Shown piece after piece: positions 61,612 to 64,000 of a stretch of DNA of 64,000 nucleotides. A program made the position numbers and the translations under genes. Position 1 is the stretch's first letter. Each line of letters opens with the position of its first letter. This DNA is from Chrysomallon squamiferum (Eukaryota > Animalia > Mollusca). The notes beneath the pieces were generated by a model. That model saw only the letters and a list, made by a program, of their open reading frames with translations, was not told where the DNA came from and searched no databases. Where the stretch lies: positions 23,064,001 through 23,128,000 of the forward strand of contig CM022673.1 in the NCBI GenBank assembly GCA_012295275.1. Reading direction: 5' to 3'.

Positions 61612-63592
61612 GTTAGTACACATTAATAACTTGCATGAACTACTTCAAAACCTAATTCAAACATCCTGTATCAGTGTAAGAAGTAAGAATGCTGCGTAGA
61701 TATTTTTTTGGTTGTTGATAAAGGGTAGGTTTATTTATATATGGGTGGATCATTTTACACTTGCTTATTATCAAGTCTTAACTTAAGTATTCTTTTTACA
61801 AACACACACATACAAATATTTTAAACAGTATAGTAAATGCCTAGAAATGATTATAGCAAGCATTTATTGTAGATTGATGCTAAAAGCACTTTTCGTACTT
61901 TGGAGATAATTACATTTTTATGTATTACCTATTTATAATAAATAATTAGTTTTATCCATTTAGGATAGAATGAGAGGTATCTATCTTTGTCATAGTTTGA
62001 AGGACCTTACTGGAATGGTCAGAATTAAACTAAAATATTTCCATAACATCTGTCTGTATTTGATCATGTTATATCAACCATCAGTTGAAACATTTCTTGT
62101 ATGGAGCATATTTTGGTTAATACTTGAAATATAAATCAGAATGTATGGGCAATCAAATGTTATTATTACAATTAATGTATTCATTCATCAATAATTAAAT
62201 ATTAATGTCATTCAGTAATTAATTTTATATATAAAATTCTTGAATGAGTAATGAATGTAATCAGAGCTTTTCTTAATAAAATATTGAGAGATATATAGTA
62301 AAACAATATCTATTTCATAAACTAATATGATTAATTTTGGGAAGTGTTAAATTTTGTAAATATACAATTATAAATATAGGTGTTATTATCATCATTAATA
62401 GCTGTATCTTCCTTACCACCTAACCTGATAAATTTTGAAAAGTGTAACTGCAATTGTCAAAGTTGTTAACTGAAACTCTGTAGATAGATATATATATATC
62501 ACTCAAACTTTCTATTTGTCCATATACATGGATAATTAATGTTGATGATATGCCATTGTCATAGTTATTTGGTTGTCTATTTTGTTTTTAATGTGTATAA
62601 ATCATGGCAGCGTGCCTAAACTGTGTATTGAATGAGCTCATTTGTTTATGAAAGGAAAACAAAGCTGCTTGCACAAAGCAACATTAAATGTGAACATGAC
62701 AAATATTGAATTGTTCGTTTCCTTCACTCAGCTGTGATGAAGTGTTTACAAATTAGCTATTCTGTTTACTGCACAGAGAGGTAATACCTGCAGTATCTTC
62801 TACCAGCTTGTTGGAATATCACACACACAGCACAGCACACATGTCGTTTACGTGTAACTCCCCTATGTCATCATGATCAAGTTGTAACTGCATTATTTAA
62901 AAAAAAATGGATAACATTGTTACTTTTTCATAACTTCAGTGGGCACACTATAAATATTTAATATTTTGAAGAAAAAAGAATTTGGTTTTTTTATGATTAA
63001 ATTTTGAAATAAATAACTATGTGATCAAAGATTATGATTCCAGAAGGTTTAATACTGCATTACTTTTGTTGATACAAAGAACTCTTATAATCAATATAAT
63101 ATTTTAATTTTAAATATATACATATATAAACATAAAACAAATATTTAAAATATAACATTTATTGAGAATGTTTAGTAATCAAAGCAAAATAACTATCTTG
63201 AATAATTTGTTTATCCTTATAAAATGTCTTATGACACCATGGGTAGACTGCATCATTAAAAAAAGAAAAAGAATTGTTTTTGACTTAAATTTATTATAAT
63301 CAAAAACCATTTCAAAGATTAATAAAACACATAAGTACATGCATAATGTATGCTAATTTGGAAGATCTAAAATACATTTTCAGTAATTTTGGTGCAAACA
63401 TCTTGTACTATCTTATGTCGTCATCATTAAAGCATTCATGAAAAAAAAAAAAATCTATTTATTGTAACCAGGATGCCTTTAAAACAATCTTTGTAACTGA
63501 GAACAAAAAACTCCCAAAATATCTTCAACAATTTGATGAATTTTGTTTGAAAATTTGAAGTTGCATTCAATTTTTCACAACCAAACAAAACA

Positions 63593-63610
63593 AATGAGTC
63601 ATGACTCATT
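63593..63610. promoter_or_regulatory. Back-to-back AP-1 sites forming an 18-bp perfect palindrome in MYO1D intron 2
   Basis: AATGAGTCATGACTCATT = TGAGTCA + TGACTCA. Confidence 0.4.
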
Positions 63611-64000
63611 AAACAGAGATAATTCTTAAATTAACTTTTTAGGACCTTGACTTTCACACCTGAGTTTTCTAATAATGGTAATCCATACCACCACACTAAA
63701 AATGGAAATGCTACTACTGTTATTAAAACTCAGTATAGTTTTTGTATATTAATATACTTTTATTCATAATGATTATAAACTTCATTGTTTTTATTCACTC
63801 CAACTTGGTGTACTGTGCAAGTATTTGTTTTTGTACAAGTCAAAGTGCATTTTATCTCACGTTAAAATCAGACAATTTGCATTAGTAATACAAAATCTGC
63901 ATAACAAATTATATCTGTTAATGTCATCTGAAAAGGATTTGTGTACATAGAAGAAAAAAATACAGTTCATGAATTTTTATCACACAAAGCTTATTACAAA

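Overview
AT-rich, microsatellite-dense eukaryotic (invertebrate) genomic DNA. The style is mollusc/lophotrochozoan-like, but the species cannot be fixed from the sequence alone. Most supplied ORFs are microsatellite artefacts. Manual splicing gives five intron-containing genes: (1) a 146-aa four-EF-hand calmodulin-like gene (+, 8015-13248) that needs a GC-AG intron; (2) an SH3BP5/Sab-family gene (+, 16689-33537, 8 exons, 475 aa); (3) a predicted secreted coiled-coil + 2xSRCR protein (+, 38328-48772, 4 exons, 758 aa); (4) HAGH/glyoxalase II (-, 59116-52696, 9 exons, 301 aa) with a mitochondrial-leader exon; (5) the first two exons of a myosin ID (+, from 60739), head-to-head with HAGH. Non-coding features include two TA-flanked Tc1/mariner-superfamily MITEs (one with ends resembling mammalian Tigger4/Zombi), a ~44-bp degenerate minisatellite carrying CRE-like sites, RFX X-box-like motifs around the EF-hand gene, tandem duplications, and intronic microsatellites arranged as complementary inverted pairs. 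There is no CRISPR, rRNA or tRNA. I found no clearly new multi-gene system. The best novelty candidates are the coiled-coil/SRCR protein, the atypical EF-hand protein, the Tigger4-like MITE and possible microsatellite RNA bridging of introns.
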